From NCBI GenBank assembly GCA_964234715.1, contig OZ174282.1: 64,000 nt of DNA; one strand, written 5' to 3'. Below are positions 37,402-49,909 of this stretch, piece after piece (positions within the stretch are counted from its first letter, which is position 1; the number at the start of each line of letters is the position of its first letter). Below the pieces are notes generated by a model. It saw only the letters and a program-made list of their open reading frames with translations. It ran no database searches and had not been told where the DNA came from. The position numbers were made by a program, and so were the translations under genes. Source of the stretch: Podarcis melisellensis. Taxonomy: Eukaryota.

Positions 37402-40114
37402 CCACGCAGTCACAAGTCGGGAACTCTGCTTGAGCACGCTTGGCAGGCGTGTCCAGCAAGCTCTTGGTTGGCGTGTCCAGGTACTTCAAGGGAGATTCCA
37501 GAAATCCACTGAGAGTAGGCATGAGCGGCACTTTATCCTTGGTTGGTGTCCCTTCCATGGAAGCGGTATCTGTGTTTTGGTTTTCATCAGAGTAAAAGCA
37601 CGTGGTGGAAACCACGGTAATAGCACCAGAAGATTCGATTTTTATCTGCTTAGGGGACCGAGCTGCAAAGGGGTTTTCAAAAGGCTGCCCAGCCCCCGGC
37701 AAGAGGGGTAACGTTTTGTGACCCGCATTGGCAGCACCTGTCAGGGGCAGGGGGCAGTCCTTGCTAGCCGGAGGCTGGAGAGCTGCATCTAAGCCCACCG
37801 TGGGCTCTGGAGAATGGCTCAGAGAAGACAATGGGGGCAGAGGAGAAGGAGGAGGAGGGTGGGGGGCGGAAAGTGGCCCATCCCCAAGGAGCAGTGGGGC
37901 AGGAAGCTCAGAATTCTGAAAGCTGAAATTTTCTCCAAACTCCGCTTCAAACTGCTTGATCAGCTCCTCCAGCTTGTCATCCATCGCGATGGAACTGTGG
38001 GCGAAGAGAGGGTGGTCTGCTGGGTTTGCAGTCCTGTGGAAGGCTTCCTCGTGCCCATTGCTGCAGGCCACAGAGGATGAGCAAGGGGCAAAGCTGGGCA
38101 CAGGAGCGGCAAGGGAAGCCGTGTTGCATGCAGAGTTCTCAGGGTAGTAGCAATGGCTCTCCTCCTGGTTGGGGCAGCATGTTTCCTGAGTGTTGGGAGC
38201 CGGGCTTCTGTTTTCAAGTAACTTCTGCAATGGAGACTGCTCTGCAGGGCTGGCTGGCATGGGAAGAGGGGGCAGGAGCCTGGGAGGGGTGCTGGAGATC
38301 AGGAGCTGCTCAGGCGGCATCTCTTTGCTCGGACGCTCTGGAGTGGCAACCGAGCGGAGTCCTTCCAAGCTGATCTGGCTGACAGGGAGGAAGAGGGGCT
38401 GAGCATCCTTCTGCTTGGACCTCTTGATCTGGACTTGCTTGCGCAGCGGCTTGGCTGGAGTATTTTTATCAGTCTGGACCTTCTTCTTCCTCTCCTTGAC
38501 AGGCTTTTCTGATGGCTTTGGTAGTGGTGGTGGCTGGGCCTGGGTGCTGGGAGCCCACCAGTTTGGCATCTGCTCCTGGGGGCTTCCCGGAGGTGTCTTC
38601 TGGTCTACGAAAAGGCTGCGCTTATGGTGGAGGTGGTGCTGCAGAGCCTTCTGGGTCTTCTTGTGGAAGCTCGTCTCCTGCAGGAGCTGCGATAGCTGTG
38701 GGCTGGAGGAGGCTGCCTTAGGGTAGCTGGGGCTGTCGTCCTTCTGGGCGAATGACTCCTGCTTTGGCTTGGCAGCTTTGGCTTTGCCGGGCATTGCTTC
38801 AGGTCGCTTGAATACGGATTTGATGCAGTCCGTGGCACTGCCCAGTAGCTGCTCCAGCTCAGCCATGGGATCACTCACCAGTGGAGAAGGAGGGGTGTTG
38901 GAATGCAGGCCCCATAGGCTGCTCTTCAGCTTGCCTTCATCACCCCACTGCTCGGGGAACTCCACTTTTTGCGGGGTGGAGGAGTTGGGGAACAGCTCTG
39001 ATGGCTCCAGATGTCCATTGTTGCGATCAAGGCAATAAGGGGCCATATCCTGAGCAACCTTTGCTCCCTGCTGCCAGGAAGATGGTGCTGATGATGCAGG
39101 TGCTTGGAGCAGGTTGTGGCTCATGTATGATTTTGAGGCCTGGCTCTGGTACAGCTCAGCACCGGATTCAGATAGCACCGAGTTGGGGTGGTTGTGTGCC
39201 GGGAAACGGGAAGGCTGCTCCAGCTGTTCCTTGGAGATGAATGCCATGGCTTGCAAGGGACTCTGAGGAGGGGGAGGAGTCTCTTGGGCTGGCTCAGGAA
39301 GAACAGCTGACAACTGTGTGAGGGCTTCAATAGCAATGGCTGTCTGGAGGCTGATGTTCTTCTCCTTCGCAATATTCAGTGCATTTTCCGTAAGAGGGAG
39401 GGCCTCCAGGGAACACGAAGCCTCCTTCTCTTCTGTAGCAGGCATCAGCTTATGATTAGCACCATTGTCTAAGGGGGGTTGGTGTTCCTGGCTGAGAGGC
39501 TGTGGGATGCAGCTCTGGTCCTCTCCAGTGGCCAATCTGATCTTCTTCTCAAGCCACTCCAGGTAGTCTGGGCACTCGGGTCCATCGCAGTTGCAGTTGG
39601 GTGGTTTGACGCCATGCTTTGCATAATTCAGGGCAGCTTTGAGAGCAGTCAGGTCCTCGTTGCCAGAGCAGGTGCTGGAAAGAGGCACTGCCAGGTCATT
39701 GTCTACCCCACTGCTGCGATTCATCTCGGCGTTGAATTTCTCATAGAGCTGCATGCTCAACAAGGAAGGGGACCGCAGAGGCACCATCCCGTGCGAAGAC
39801 ATGGCTGCTTCTGCTGCTGCTGAGAAATCCACCAAGTTCTGAGCGCCCTCCAAGTTGGCATTGCTGGAGGAGTCTCCCTGGCTTGGGGCAGATGGCAGCC
39901 TCTCCCAGTTGGCTTTCTGCTCAGCGCAGGAGCTGTTGAGCCATGCAGGGGTTTCCATCAGCATGGCCCCTCTTCCAGCGGCTTGGGATCCCCCTCCATT
40001 GGCCAGGCCAGGCATACAGTCCTCGCTCAACCTTCTTTCTTCAACATGGCTAAATGGCCCTTCTTCCATTTGGCCTGCTTTGGGTCCATCAACTGAACTG
40101 CACTCCAAACCGGT
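37402..40114 (-). CDS. TET3: TET3 large N-terminal coding exon (2713 nt)
   Basis: TTTCAG|ACC acceptor, G|GTGAGT donor. Encodes KPPNCNCDGPECPDYLEWLE, TAIAIEALTQLS (SIN3A-interaction-type motif), LQHHLHHKR, DDKLEELIKQFEAEFG and SPLKYLDTPTKSLLDTPAKRAQAEFPTCDCV. The ORF-track start at 40183 is intronic. Confidence 0.97.
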
Positions 40115-40320
40115 CTGAAACAAGAGAAGAAAAACAGAAATAATGAGTTCTAGTGGAGCAAACAAACTGGAGTCTAGCAGCATCTTGGTGATGTTGATGT
40201 TTTTATTTGAACCTCACCCATCTGACTGGGTTGTCCCAGACAGAAAGCTTTGGCAATCCCATCCGCCATGAACTCAATGAGTTTTGACTATACACAATTT
40301 TGGCTTTAGATGTGATCTCC

Positions 40321-40520
40321 AAACCTTGATGTTGGGAAAGATTATGGGCACAAGGAGAAGGGGACGACAGAGGACAAGATGGTTGGACAGTGTTCTCGAA
40401 GCTAACATTGAGTTTGACCAAACTGCGGGAGGCAGTGGAAGACAGGAGTGCCTGGCGTGCTCTGGTCCAGGGGGTCACGAAGAGTCGGACACGACTGAAC
40501 GACTAAACAACAACAACAAC
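40321..40520 (+). mobile_element. RTE-BovB LINE 3' end
   Basis: LMLGKI.G.RRRGRQR.RWLD remnant; GGGGTCACGAAGAGTCGGACACGACTGAACGACT followed by an (AAC)n tail. Confidence 0.9.
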
Positions 40521-41029
40521 TAAAATGTAACCCCTCTATAAAGTTGTGGGCTTACTGCATGCGCCACTTGGGTTATCACTCTTCCAACTGGAGCCTCTCA
40601 ACTAGGAAGAAGGTGGTGCTTTAAACAGCCAGAAAATTCAGCACCCAGGTAGGTGCTTCCCCATCTCACCATTCCAGGAAAGGCCATTGCTGTACATATG
40701 GTGCATTCTTCAATTGACATTCATTTCCTTATACGCTATTGCTTTATGCAAGTAGCACCATCCATATGAACACACAGGAGAAAGGCCTGTTATTTTAGTA
40801 GTGTTGCCCAATAGAATATATTGACTAAGTATCTCGTTTTAGGGAAACATTTTGATAGTGTTAACTGTATCCCTTAAACAGAGATACTTAGTCAATATAT
40901 CCTTTAATTCAAGTTAACACAAGCCTTCCAAGGCTGCTTCCTTGAGCCCTCATAGCCATTCAAAATGGGCCTAAGCACCGCTGTTACTCTGGTTAAAAAC
41001 CATTACAATACAAAGACTCCCCTACAATG

Positions 41030-41490
41030 AAGGTTTGCAGCATTTGGGGCTTTTTAATTTGGATAAAGTAAGATGTGACATGACAGAAGTTTATAAAATT
41101 ATTCATGGCATGGAGAAAGTGATAGAGAAAAGTTTTCTTCCCTCTCTCATAACACTAGTACTTGTGGACATCCAGAGAAGCTGAAGGTTGGAGGCTTCAG
41201 GGCAGACAGAAGAATGTCCTCCTTCACACAGCACAGAGTTAAACTATGGAACTCTCTGACACAGGAGGCAGTGGTGGCCACCAAGCAAGACGGCTTTAAA
41301 AGAGGATTAGACAAATACATGGAGGAAAGGGCTATCAGTGGCTACAACCATGATAGCTATGCTCTGCCTCTACAGTTGGAAGAAGCAATGCTCATGTGCT
41401 TGAATCCTGCTTATGGGTTTCCCACAGGCTGGCTACTCTGAGAACAGGATGCTAGTCTAGATGTTCCACTGTCCTGATGCAGCATATGCT
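41030..41490 (+). mobile_element. Older CR1-family 3' fragment (approximate bounds)
   Basis: FTQHRVKLWNSL.QEAV...FKRGLDKYM remnant; related copy at about 49090-49392. Confidence 0.65.
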
Positions 41491-41569
41491 CTTAGGTTCT
41501 TAGATATGTTAACTTAAGCAAGTCTATGGAAGAAACGTTTACTGTCTTCTCTCCACTACAGCCACCCAC

Positions 41570-43130
41570 AATCCCTAAGGCCTGTTCAAAAGGAATAGAC
41601 CAAACAGGAAGGGAGGAGGAGTAGCATTGTACATAAAGGATGTGTACACTTCTGAAGAAATCCATGACTTGGAGCATGAAAAGCAGATTGAGAGTATATG
41701 GGTAAAAATTGTAGAAGAGAGAAACAACAGTGACCTTACTGTGTGTGTCTGCTATAGACCACCAAGCCATACTGAGCATACGGAAATGCCATTTACCTTC
41801 TTGCCGCGGCAGTACCTATTTATCTACTTGCACTGGTGTGTTTTTGAGCTGCTAGGTTGGCAGAAGCTGGGACAGAGCAGTAAGAGCTCACCCCATCGAA
41901 CCATCAACATTCCGTTCAGCAAGCCCAAGAGGCTCGGTGGTTTAAACCACAGCACCACCCACTCCCCTAACAGTTCTCCACCAGTAGGGAGGAACTAATT
42001 GATGAAGTGGAAGTGCTCAGAAACTTGGGTGGTGTGATCATGTTCTCCTGGGTTTCAGGAATCAGAGGCAAGGGGAAACTGAGCGTAGTCGGACATGCAC
42101 GCTGTACTTTAAGAAGGCAAATTTCAAAAAGCTGAAGGAGCTACTGGGTGTGATCCCATGGTTAGAAACACTCAATGAGAAGGAAGTCCAAGAAAGATGG
42201 GAGTTTCGAAAAGGAGAAATAGTGAAGGCCCAAATGCAGATGATACCAACAAGAAAGGAAAGTGGGAAACATCTAAGGAAACTGGTATGGCTGCATAAGG
42301 AGCTTATAGATGAGCTGGGAGTTAAGAAGGGCATGTATAAGAAATGGAAGAAAGGGGAAATCACAAGGAAGGAGTATATACGAGTAGCCAACAGTTGCAG
42401 GGGGGAAGTCAGGCTGGCTGAAGCTCAGAATGAACTCAGGCTTGCGAGAGAGGTTAAAAATAATAATACATTGTTACCCTGGTGGATCACAAGCTTAACA
42501 CGAGTCAACAGTGTGATGCAGCAGCAAAAAAAGCTAATGCTACTCTAGGCTGCATCAACAGAAGTCTAGTGTCCAGATCACGGGAAGTAAAAGTACCACT
42601 CTATTCTGCCTTAGTCAGACCACACCTGGAATACTGTGTCCAATCCTGGGCACCACAATTTAATAAGATGTTGACAAGCTGGAAGGTGTGCAGAGGAGGG
42701 CAACCAAGAAGATCAAGGGTCTGGAAACTAAGCCTTATGAGGAGCGCTTGAAGGAGCTGGGTATGTTTAGCCTAGAAAATAGGAGACTAAGAGGAGATAC
42801 AATAGACATCTTCAAATATCTTAAGGGCTGCCACATGGAAGAGGGATTGTTTTCTCCTGCTCTGGAGGGGAGGACTCGAGGCAATGCCTTCAAGTTGCAA
42901 GAAAGGTGTTTCCGACTAAACATTCGGGAAAACTTTCTGACAGTAAGAGCTGTTCAGCAGTGGAACAGACTCCCACAAGAGGTGGTGGACTCTCCTTCCT
43001 TGGAGGTTTTCAAACAGAGGTTGGATGGTCATCTGTCATGGATGCTTTTAGCTAAGATTCCTGCATTGCAGGGGGCTGGACTAGATGACCCTAGGGGTCC
43101 CTTCAAACTTGAAGATTCTATGATTCTAAG
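41570..43130 (+). mobile_element. CR1 LINE, internally deleted, with a nested Sauria SINE fragment (about 41781-41968, minus strand)
   Basis: Endonuclease remnant ESIWVKI...VCYRPP; C-terminal [15 protein letters not shown] and [14 protein letters not shown]; GATTCTATGATTCT tail. Confidence 0.9.
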
Positions 43131-43949
43131 CCTTCTCTGAAGAGTTGTGGGGTTGAACAATTTGAAATGGGGCATGGGAGCTGCTGGCAGGGAAGTGAGA
43201 GGAAACTTCCTTTACCAATAATTTTATTTATTACTATCTTTCTATCACTATCTCCCTCCATTTGCCTCCCAAATTAGGATTTTTTTCCTGGGGTACCAAT
43301 CTGCCTATTATTTATTTTAGCTATAATGTTTATAAACCACTTTTCCCCACAATGTAGCTCCAAAGCAGTTTCCAACACAATACAACAGTAAATTAAGAAA
43401 AAACACAGTTAAAAGCAGTGGTCAGAGCACAACACTTGTGGGTCCAGAATACCAAAGCAAAGCTCACCCCATGCCCTCTAAAACCTGGGTATTTATTTAC
43501 AGAGGTTTGTTTTGATTAGGTGCCAGAAGCCCATCTGTGATGTGACCATCTGTGCCTCTAGGGGGTGGGAGTTCCACAGCTGGGGAAGAATAAAGGAGAA
43601 GGGCCTATCCTGCACCCACGCACAGCAAGCAACACTTGCCGGTGTGCAAAGAGAAGGGGCCCCTCTGCTGAACTGACAGCCTTAGGAACATAGGAAGCTG
43701 CCTTATACTGAACACAACCATTAGCTCAGTCTTGTCTGCACTGATTGGAAGTGGCTCTGCAAGATCCCAGGCAGGGAATGTTTCCTACCTGGAGAAGCCA
43801 GAGATTGAACTTGGTGTCTTCTGCATGCAAAGCAGATGCTCTACCAATGAGTCATGGCCTGGTCAGTATGGACTGGTCAGTATGGGAAGAGGCACTCCAT
43901 CAAGTACTTGGGTCCCAAATCATTCCGGATTTGTAAGTTTATATTATAG

Positions 43950-44163
43950 ATTACATTTTTATACCACCATTTCTTCCAAGGAGCTCAAAGTGGCATACAT
44001 AGTTGTTCTCCTCCTCCCCATTTCATCCTCACAGCCCTGAGATTAGGCTGAGAGACAGTGACAGCCTAAGGTCACCCAGTGAGCTTCATGGCCAAGTGGG
44101 GATTTGAACCCTGGTCTCCCAGCTCATAGTCCAACACTCTAGCTGTTGCACCACACTGGCTCT
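43950..44163 (-). mobile_element. MIR-like SINE
   Basis: GGATTTGAACCCTGGTCTCCC...CACCACACTGGC; related copies at about 25830-25940 and 61200-61402. Confidence 0.7.
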
Positions 44164-44345
44164 CATTAAGCCAACACATTAACTTGGGCCCAGTAACTTC
44201 TAGGCAGCCACAGAAGAGAGTTACGTATCAGAGTGCTGAAACTGTGTGCCCAGGACCTGAGAAATCCTCCGTCTGGGAGTTCTAACTTAGTATGGGAAAG
44301 CGCTCCAAAGATTGCAAGATTTCCCACTGTTATTTCACTCTCCTG

Positions 44346-44372
44346 TGCTGCTGCTGCTGCTGCTGCTGCTGC
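44346..44372. repeat. (GCT)n microsatellite
   Basis: About 8 units. Confidence 0.9.
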
Positions 44373-46036
44373 CACTGTAGGCCAGAAGCGTGTTAAGCGA
44401 CTTGTGCTCTGCGCTGACAGGCCAGTGGAGTGGGCAAGCTCCGACAAGCCTCTTCTTGGAGAAGCTGCCTGTGGTTGTCTTGTAAACCAGTCTTTTGCTA
44501 CCCTGCACATAAACCCACTCACAGGTGTGCACGCGCACACCCACCCCACACATGCACACCCTCTCTGTGTGAGCTCTTGCCAATGTGAAGCGCAGTCCTG
44601 CTCGGAGAGCAGATAAGGCAGGTCTGGAAGCTGCCTGGGCTCCGTCCAAGTCGGTCAAGGATACAGCAGCTGTTCAACCCTCCTCTCGCAAAGGCTGCTC
44701 AGCATTCCTGAAAGAAGCAGGGCTGCCAGTGTTTACTGGGGTAGCATGTGCACAGGCAGCAAGGGGGGTGGGTTGTGGCTACTTCTGGTTGACCACAACA
44801 CTGGCTGTGCCTGTCCTGCAAACCCCACATATGTCTCTAACCTAGGAAATGTTATAGGCTTGCTTCCCTGCTAGGTTATATTGCAGCCAATTAGAGCCTG
44901 CTCCCAACCTATTGATGAGGCCTAATGCTGTGGAATTGAAAATAATGGGAAAGTCAGCTTCAGCAGCTTTGACCCTTCGTAGCTTAGCATTCCTCCACAT
45001 GTGCCCAGATGAAACACCACCTGGCAGTACAGACAGCTTTCAGCTGGGTTCACTGGGTCCCAAAGAGGTTCACTGTCCCTTGCCTATGCATTAAGAGTCT
45101 CATGTTCTACCAGCTGAGCTATTCAGAGACCCTGAACGTGTACTGGTCACCAGTTTTGTTTCTGAGCCAAGAAGAAAATAATCATCAGCACGACCAAGGC
45201 AGTTTCCTAAGTAAAGCCCATTTCAGAATCCTAAAAGCTGAACTGATCCATGAGTTGCTTTTTGTTTCTCCTGCAAAAACCATGTGGGGAAAAATCACAA
45301 TTGATCAAGTGCCCTGAGGGTTAGGAAGGGCCATTGCTCCTCCTTTGAATTTCATACTATAATACTCCAACACCAGTCATACAAGCAGTCTATTATGTCC
45401 ACTAAACACATTGCCAAGAAACATCTGAAAGCCATTTCATTAGAAAGAAACTTGTTGGTAAGACCCAGAGGAGGCGCACCCCTCTTCAAAGACATCACTT
45501 CAAAGCACAGGAATAATTTTTCCCCCAAAAAAAGAAAATGAAACAACTACAAGCAAAACCACTGAATATTTTCCAAGTTAAGATTATGCTGCAGAGAAGC
45601 TATCAAGTGCTGGAAAACTATTTCAGGTTCCAAGAAGCCAACCTAAAACATTTCAGGAGTAAAATTCCTGGGCTCCTCTCCCTTCCTTTGACAAATTTAA
45701 TCAAGTTTATCATGGCTTTCAATGTCCTTGCAACTAAGGCTGTTTCAGTTGATAAGGCAGGTTTAGACTTTCTAAAAGTCTTTGACAAAATCTCTCACCA
45801 GAAGGTATTCATGAAACTAAAGTAGTCAACAAAGGGCAACAAAAGAGGAATGGTATTTTGTGTGTGTAACCAGGAAAGAATGAGAAGGCATCAGTTAACT
45901 TCAGCAGCTCCTCAAATGAACAAACTTTTTGGGAGAGAAATGCTCCCTTTGTTTCACTCCTCTTAGTAGATTAATTCCCAGTTCAAAAATTAAGGTTGTG
46001 AGGCAGCCTTCAACAATTTGGACTACAGCTCCCAAC

Positions 46037-46183
46037 CAGTGGCATAGCGTGGGTTGTCAGCACCCGGGGCAAGGCAAGTAATTTGCGCCCCCTAACCCGT
46101 GGATTTGCGCCCCCTAACCCTAACCCCCAGATGTTGTGCCCAGTGCGGCCGGCCCCCCCTGCACCCCCCATGCTACGCCACTG
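46037..46183. mobile_element. hAT MITE nested inside a palindromic MITE
   Basis: TIRs CAGTGGCATAGC / GCTACGCCACTG; perfect 8-bp TSD CTCCCAAC. Confidence 0.85.
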
Positions 46184-46286
46184 CTCCCAACAGCCCCAGC
46201 CACCAAGGCCATATGATGCTGGGATTGATGGAAGTTGCAGTCCAAAAGATCTTCAGGACCCCAGGTTGGTGAAGGATGCTGTAAGG

Positions 46287-46791
46287 CAGGGGTCATCAAC
46301 CAGTGTGCTGTGGCACCGTGGGGTGTCTTGAATGATAGTCTGGGGTGTCACAGGCAACACTGGCCTCCTCTGTCCCCCTTTCCTTCCCTCCCTCCTTTCC
46401 TTCCCTCTTGCATCTCTGCCTCCCAAAGGCTTGCACAGCTGTTTGTTGCAGCAGCCCTGGCTACAAGCTCCCCAGGTGAAAGTTGCCTCTGGGGCTGGCC
46501 AGGGGGTGCTTCCCAGGCCCCTGTGGGGCAGTGTGAGGAGGCACCTCTCTTTTGGATGGGGGTAGGGGTGGGGCGTGGGGAGCTGCTAAGAGGCCAAGGG
46601 GCAGCAGCAGCGACTGCCTCTCTCAAGGAGAGGAGGCAGAGAGAACACTCCACAAGGGAAGGTGTTCGGAAAGGGGTGAGAGGCTGCCAGCTTGGCAGGC
46701 AAGAGGTGACATAACTGGGCTCCTGAGCCCCACAGGAGTGCCATAGAAAGAATGTACATCAAGGGAGCCATGGACTCAAAAAGGTTGAACT
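46287..46791. mobile_element. Probable hAT-derived non-autonomous element
   Basis: CAGGGGTCATCAACC start, AAAAGGTTGAAC-type end, GC-rich interior. Confidence 0.5.
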
Positions 46792-47239
46792 GAGGTAGCA
46801 TTGTGGCTGACACTGAGCAAAGATACAAAGATGAGGACAATGGAAAAGCAGCATCTGATAGCTGCAGTTTGTGGCTTGGCTACCACAGTCAAATATTGTG
46901 TAGCCCTGACCATCTGCCATCTAGGACTAGTAATACAGATCTCTACCTCACACCACTGTTTTCATAACATGATAATGTGTGTTCAATGCCTTGAACGTGA
47001 TATGTTATGTATCATCTACTATAGAATATATTATCTGCGCTCTTCTGTTTAGCAGTCCCATGACTGCTTTTCCAATTCAGACACCACACCAAACCACACT
47101 GGTTTCTGATTCTGGTTTACCAGCCCAACACAAGCCATAGTTTATCAGTTCCTTTATCACAGTGAATCAAGTTAAGCTCACTTATCTATGTCTGAAATGA
47201 GCCTGTGTAGATGTAGGAAAGGTTTCCCTCTGTATTCAT

Positions 47240-48260
47240 GATTCAAAGAATCACAGAATTATAGAATTGGAAAGGATATAAATGGTCATCTAGTCCCACT
47301 CCCTGGAATACAGGAATCTCAACAAAAGCATCCATGACAGATGGCCACCCAACCTCTGCTTAAAAACCTCCAAGGAAGGAGAGTCCACAACCTCCTGAGG
47401 GAGTCTGTTCCACTGTTGAACAGCTCTGTCAGAAAGTCCTTCCTAATATTTAGTCAGAATCTCCTTTCTTGTAGCTTGATGCCATTGGATAAAACAAGCT
47501 TGCTCCATCTTCCATGTGACAGCCCTTGAGATATTTGAAGAAAGCTCTCATATCTCCTCTCAGTCTCCCTTTTTCCAAGCTAAACATACCATTCTTCCTC
47601 ATAAGACTTGGTTTCCAGACCCTTGATCATCTTGGTCGACATCCTCTGCACACCTTCCAGCTTGTCAATATCCTTCTTAAACTGCGGTGCCCAGAACTGG
47701 ACACAGTATTCCAGGTGTGGTCTAACCAAGGCAGAATACAGTGGTACTATTAGTTTCCTTGATCTGGACATTAGACATCTGTTGATGCAGCCTAGAATAG
47801 TGCTAGATTTTCTTCTGCTGCTGAATCACACTGTTGACTCAAGTTAAGCGTGTGGTCTATTAAGGCCTCTAGATCCTTTTCACATGAACTACTGGCAAGC
47901 CAGTTGTCCCCCATCTTATATCTGTGCAGCTGGTTCTTCCTGTCTAAGTGTAGAACCCTACATTTGCCCCTACTGAAATTCATTTTGTTAGTTTTGGCCC
48001 AGTTCTCCAATCTGTTAAAGTCATCTTGAATCTTGATTCTGTCTTCTGCAGCATTAGCTACTCATCCTAGTTTGGTGTCAATTGCAAATATGATGATCAT
48101 CCTCACAATACAACCCAAGTTGCTCATAAAGTCGTTGAAATACAATGGGCTCAAGGCAGAACTTTGCGGCACCCCACTTGTCGCTTCTTTCCAGGATGAC
48201 AAGGAACCATTAGTGAGCACTCTGGATTTGGCCAGTCAACCAGCTACAAACTGTCCAGCC
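47240..48260 (-). mobile_element. CR1 LINE 3' portion
   Basis: ENWAKTNKMNFSRGKCRVLHL and [24 protein letters not shown] on the minus strand. Confidence 0.9.
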
Positions 48261-49909
48261 CACAACTCTTCCCCCTGCCATTCCTAGTTTTGCTTGATTC
48301 CTTCAGTTCCCAAGCCAAGCAGGCCCAATTCAAGGTGCTTATGTTGCCATTTAAAGCCCGGATTAAGCCTGGGGAAGAAACATCTGAGAGAAAATCTTCT
48401 CCCCTATCACACAAGCCATGTTTTGAGATCAGTGGGAGAGACTCTCCTGGTGTTTCCTACATAAAAAAAGGTATGTGGTGTAGGCATCTCTGGAACATCC
48501 TTTTTGGTGGTGGAGTGACCTCGCCACAGAAGTCTGTAGCTTTGTATTCTTACAGACACCAGATCAAAACCCCATATTTTTTCACCAGGCTTTTAGTGGC
48601 TGATGGGGTCAAGTAATTTTTATGGTGTTTCTAACTATGCTACTTCTATAATTTATGAGAATGTTTTAATGTTTCCATTCATTATGTTTGTTTTTGTAAA
48701 CCACTCTGTGACCAGTTTGGGTGAAGGGTGGTATAGAAACTTATTAATAGAATAAAATATATAACTACCTAGTATTGTTTGTTTGCTTGTTCGGCTGACT
48801 GTGCTGCCTCAGCCACCATATTGCTCTAGTATTATTAATCCGGAGAAATCCTAGCTGAGTACAATCAATGCTTGGCTCTTACAACACTCTGAAATAGGCA
48901 AGAGATACTTCTAATTCTTTCCATGCAGCTTATTCACTGGGTTGGTGAAGCAATTCATGTAGGTGCCAGATTTAAAAGGTGGGCTGTGAGTTGGCCTTTG
49001 GGGCACGAAGGGAGGAGCGCTGAGAGAAGATTATCCAGGGGACAAGAGAGGAATGAGGCTATGTGGTTTTGGGAGTAGTAAGCGCATGGTTAAACTATGG
49101 AACTCATTCCCACAGGAGGCAATGATGGCCAATGATTTAGATGGCTTTTAAAGAGCACTGGACGAATTGATGGAGGGCTATTAATAGCTAATAGTAATGT
49201 TGGCGATGCTCTACCTCCACAGCTGGAGGCAGCAGGGCTTCTGAATTCCGGTTGCTGAAAACCATAGGAGGGAAGAGTGCTCTTGTGCTCAAATCCTGCT
49301 CGTGGGTTTCTCACAGGCATCTGGTGGGCCACTGTGAGAACAGGATGCTGGACTAGATGGGCCACGGGCTTCATCCAGCAGGCTCTTCTTATGAGGTACA
49401 AATCCAACCTCTCTCCCACCCTGTGAACCCAAAATGCTATTTGGGATCAACTTTATTTATACCACACCATCCAAGTTACTGTGCAAAGAAAAAGGTCCTA
49501 ACCTTGCAGAACGTATATTTACAACTTGACAAAGGAAGGGATAGATCAAGGAAGGGACAGCATGCCTATTGGTTACAGCTACATGGACTTTTTAAAGGTT
49601 TCAGTGGGTTGCAGAGTCAAATAACTGTGCCAAATATGATTATTATTATGTGTCAAAGACTTCTGAGAAAAGTCATGGGGGTGTTCATGTAGGTGAACTA
49701 TTCCAGGCACAAACCTGCCAGCAACTCGTATCATTAGGCAGCACCTGCCAGGGCCCAAACCGAGCAAGGGGCACACCATTCACTATGGCTGCTGCTCACT
49801 GGCTACTCACCTTCTCCCCCTGGCAACAACAGCCACCATCTTTCTTTCTCAGCACAATCCTCACCACCCCACACAGGGAGGAAGAGAGAGCAACTGGCAA
49901 GAAAGAGCA

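Noticed and set aside
40115-40183. N-terminal 23 aa of the 942-aa ORF
   Set aside because: Intronic polypyrimidine tract upstream of the CAG acceptor; homology begins at TGLEC. The same applies to 13448-13583 of the 658-aa ORF.
46088-46127. CCCTAACCCTAACCC telomere-like motif
   Set aside because: Only 2-3 units, internal to a MITE; not an interstitial telomere.
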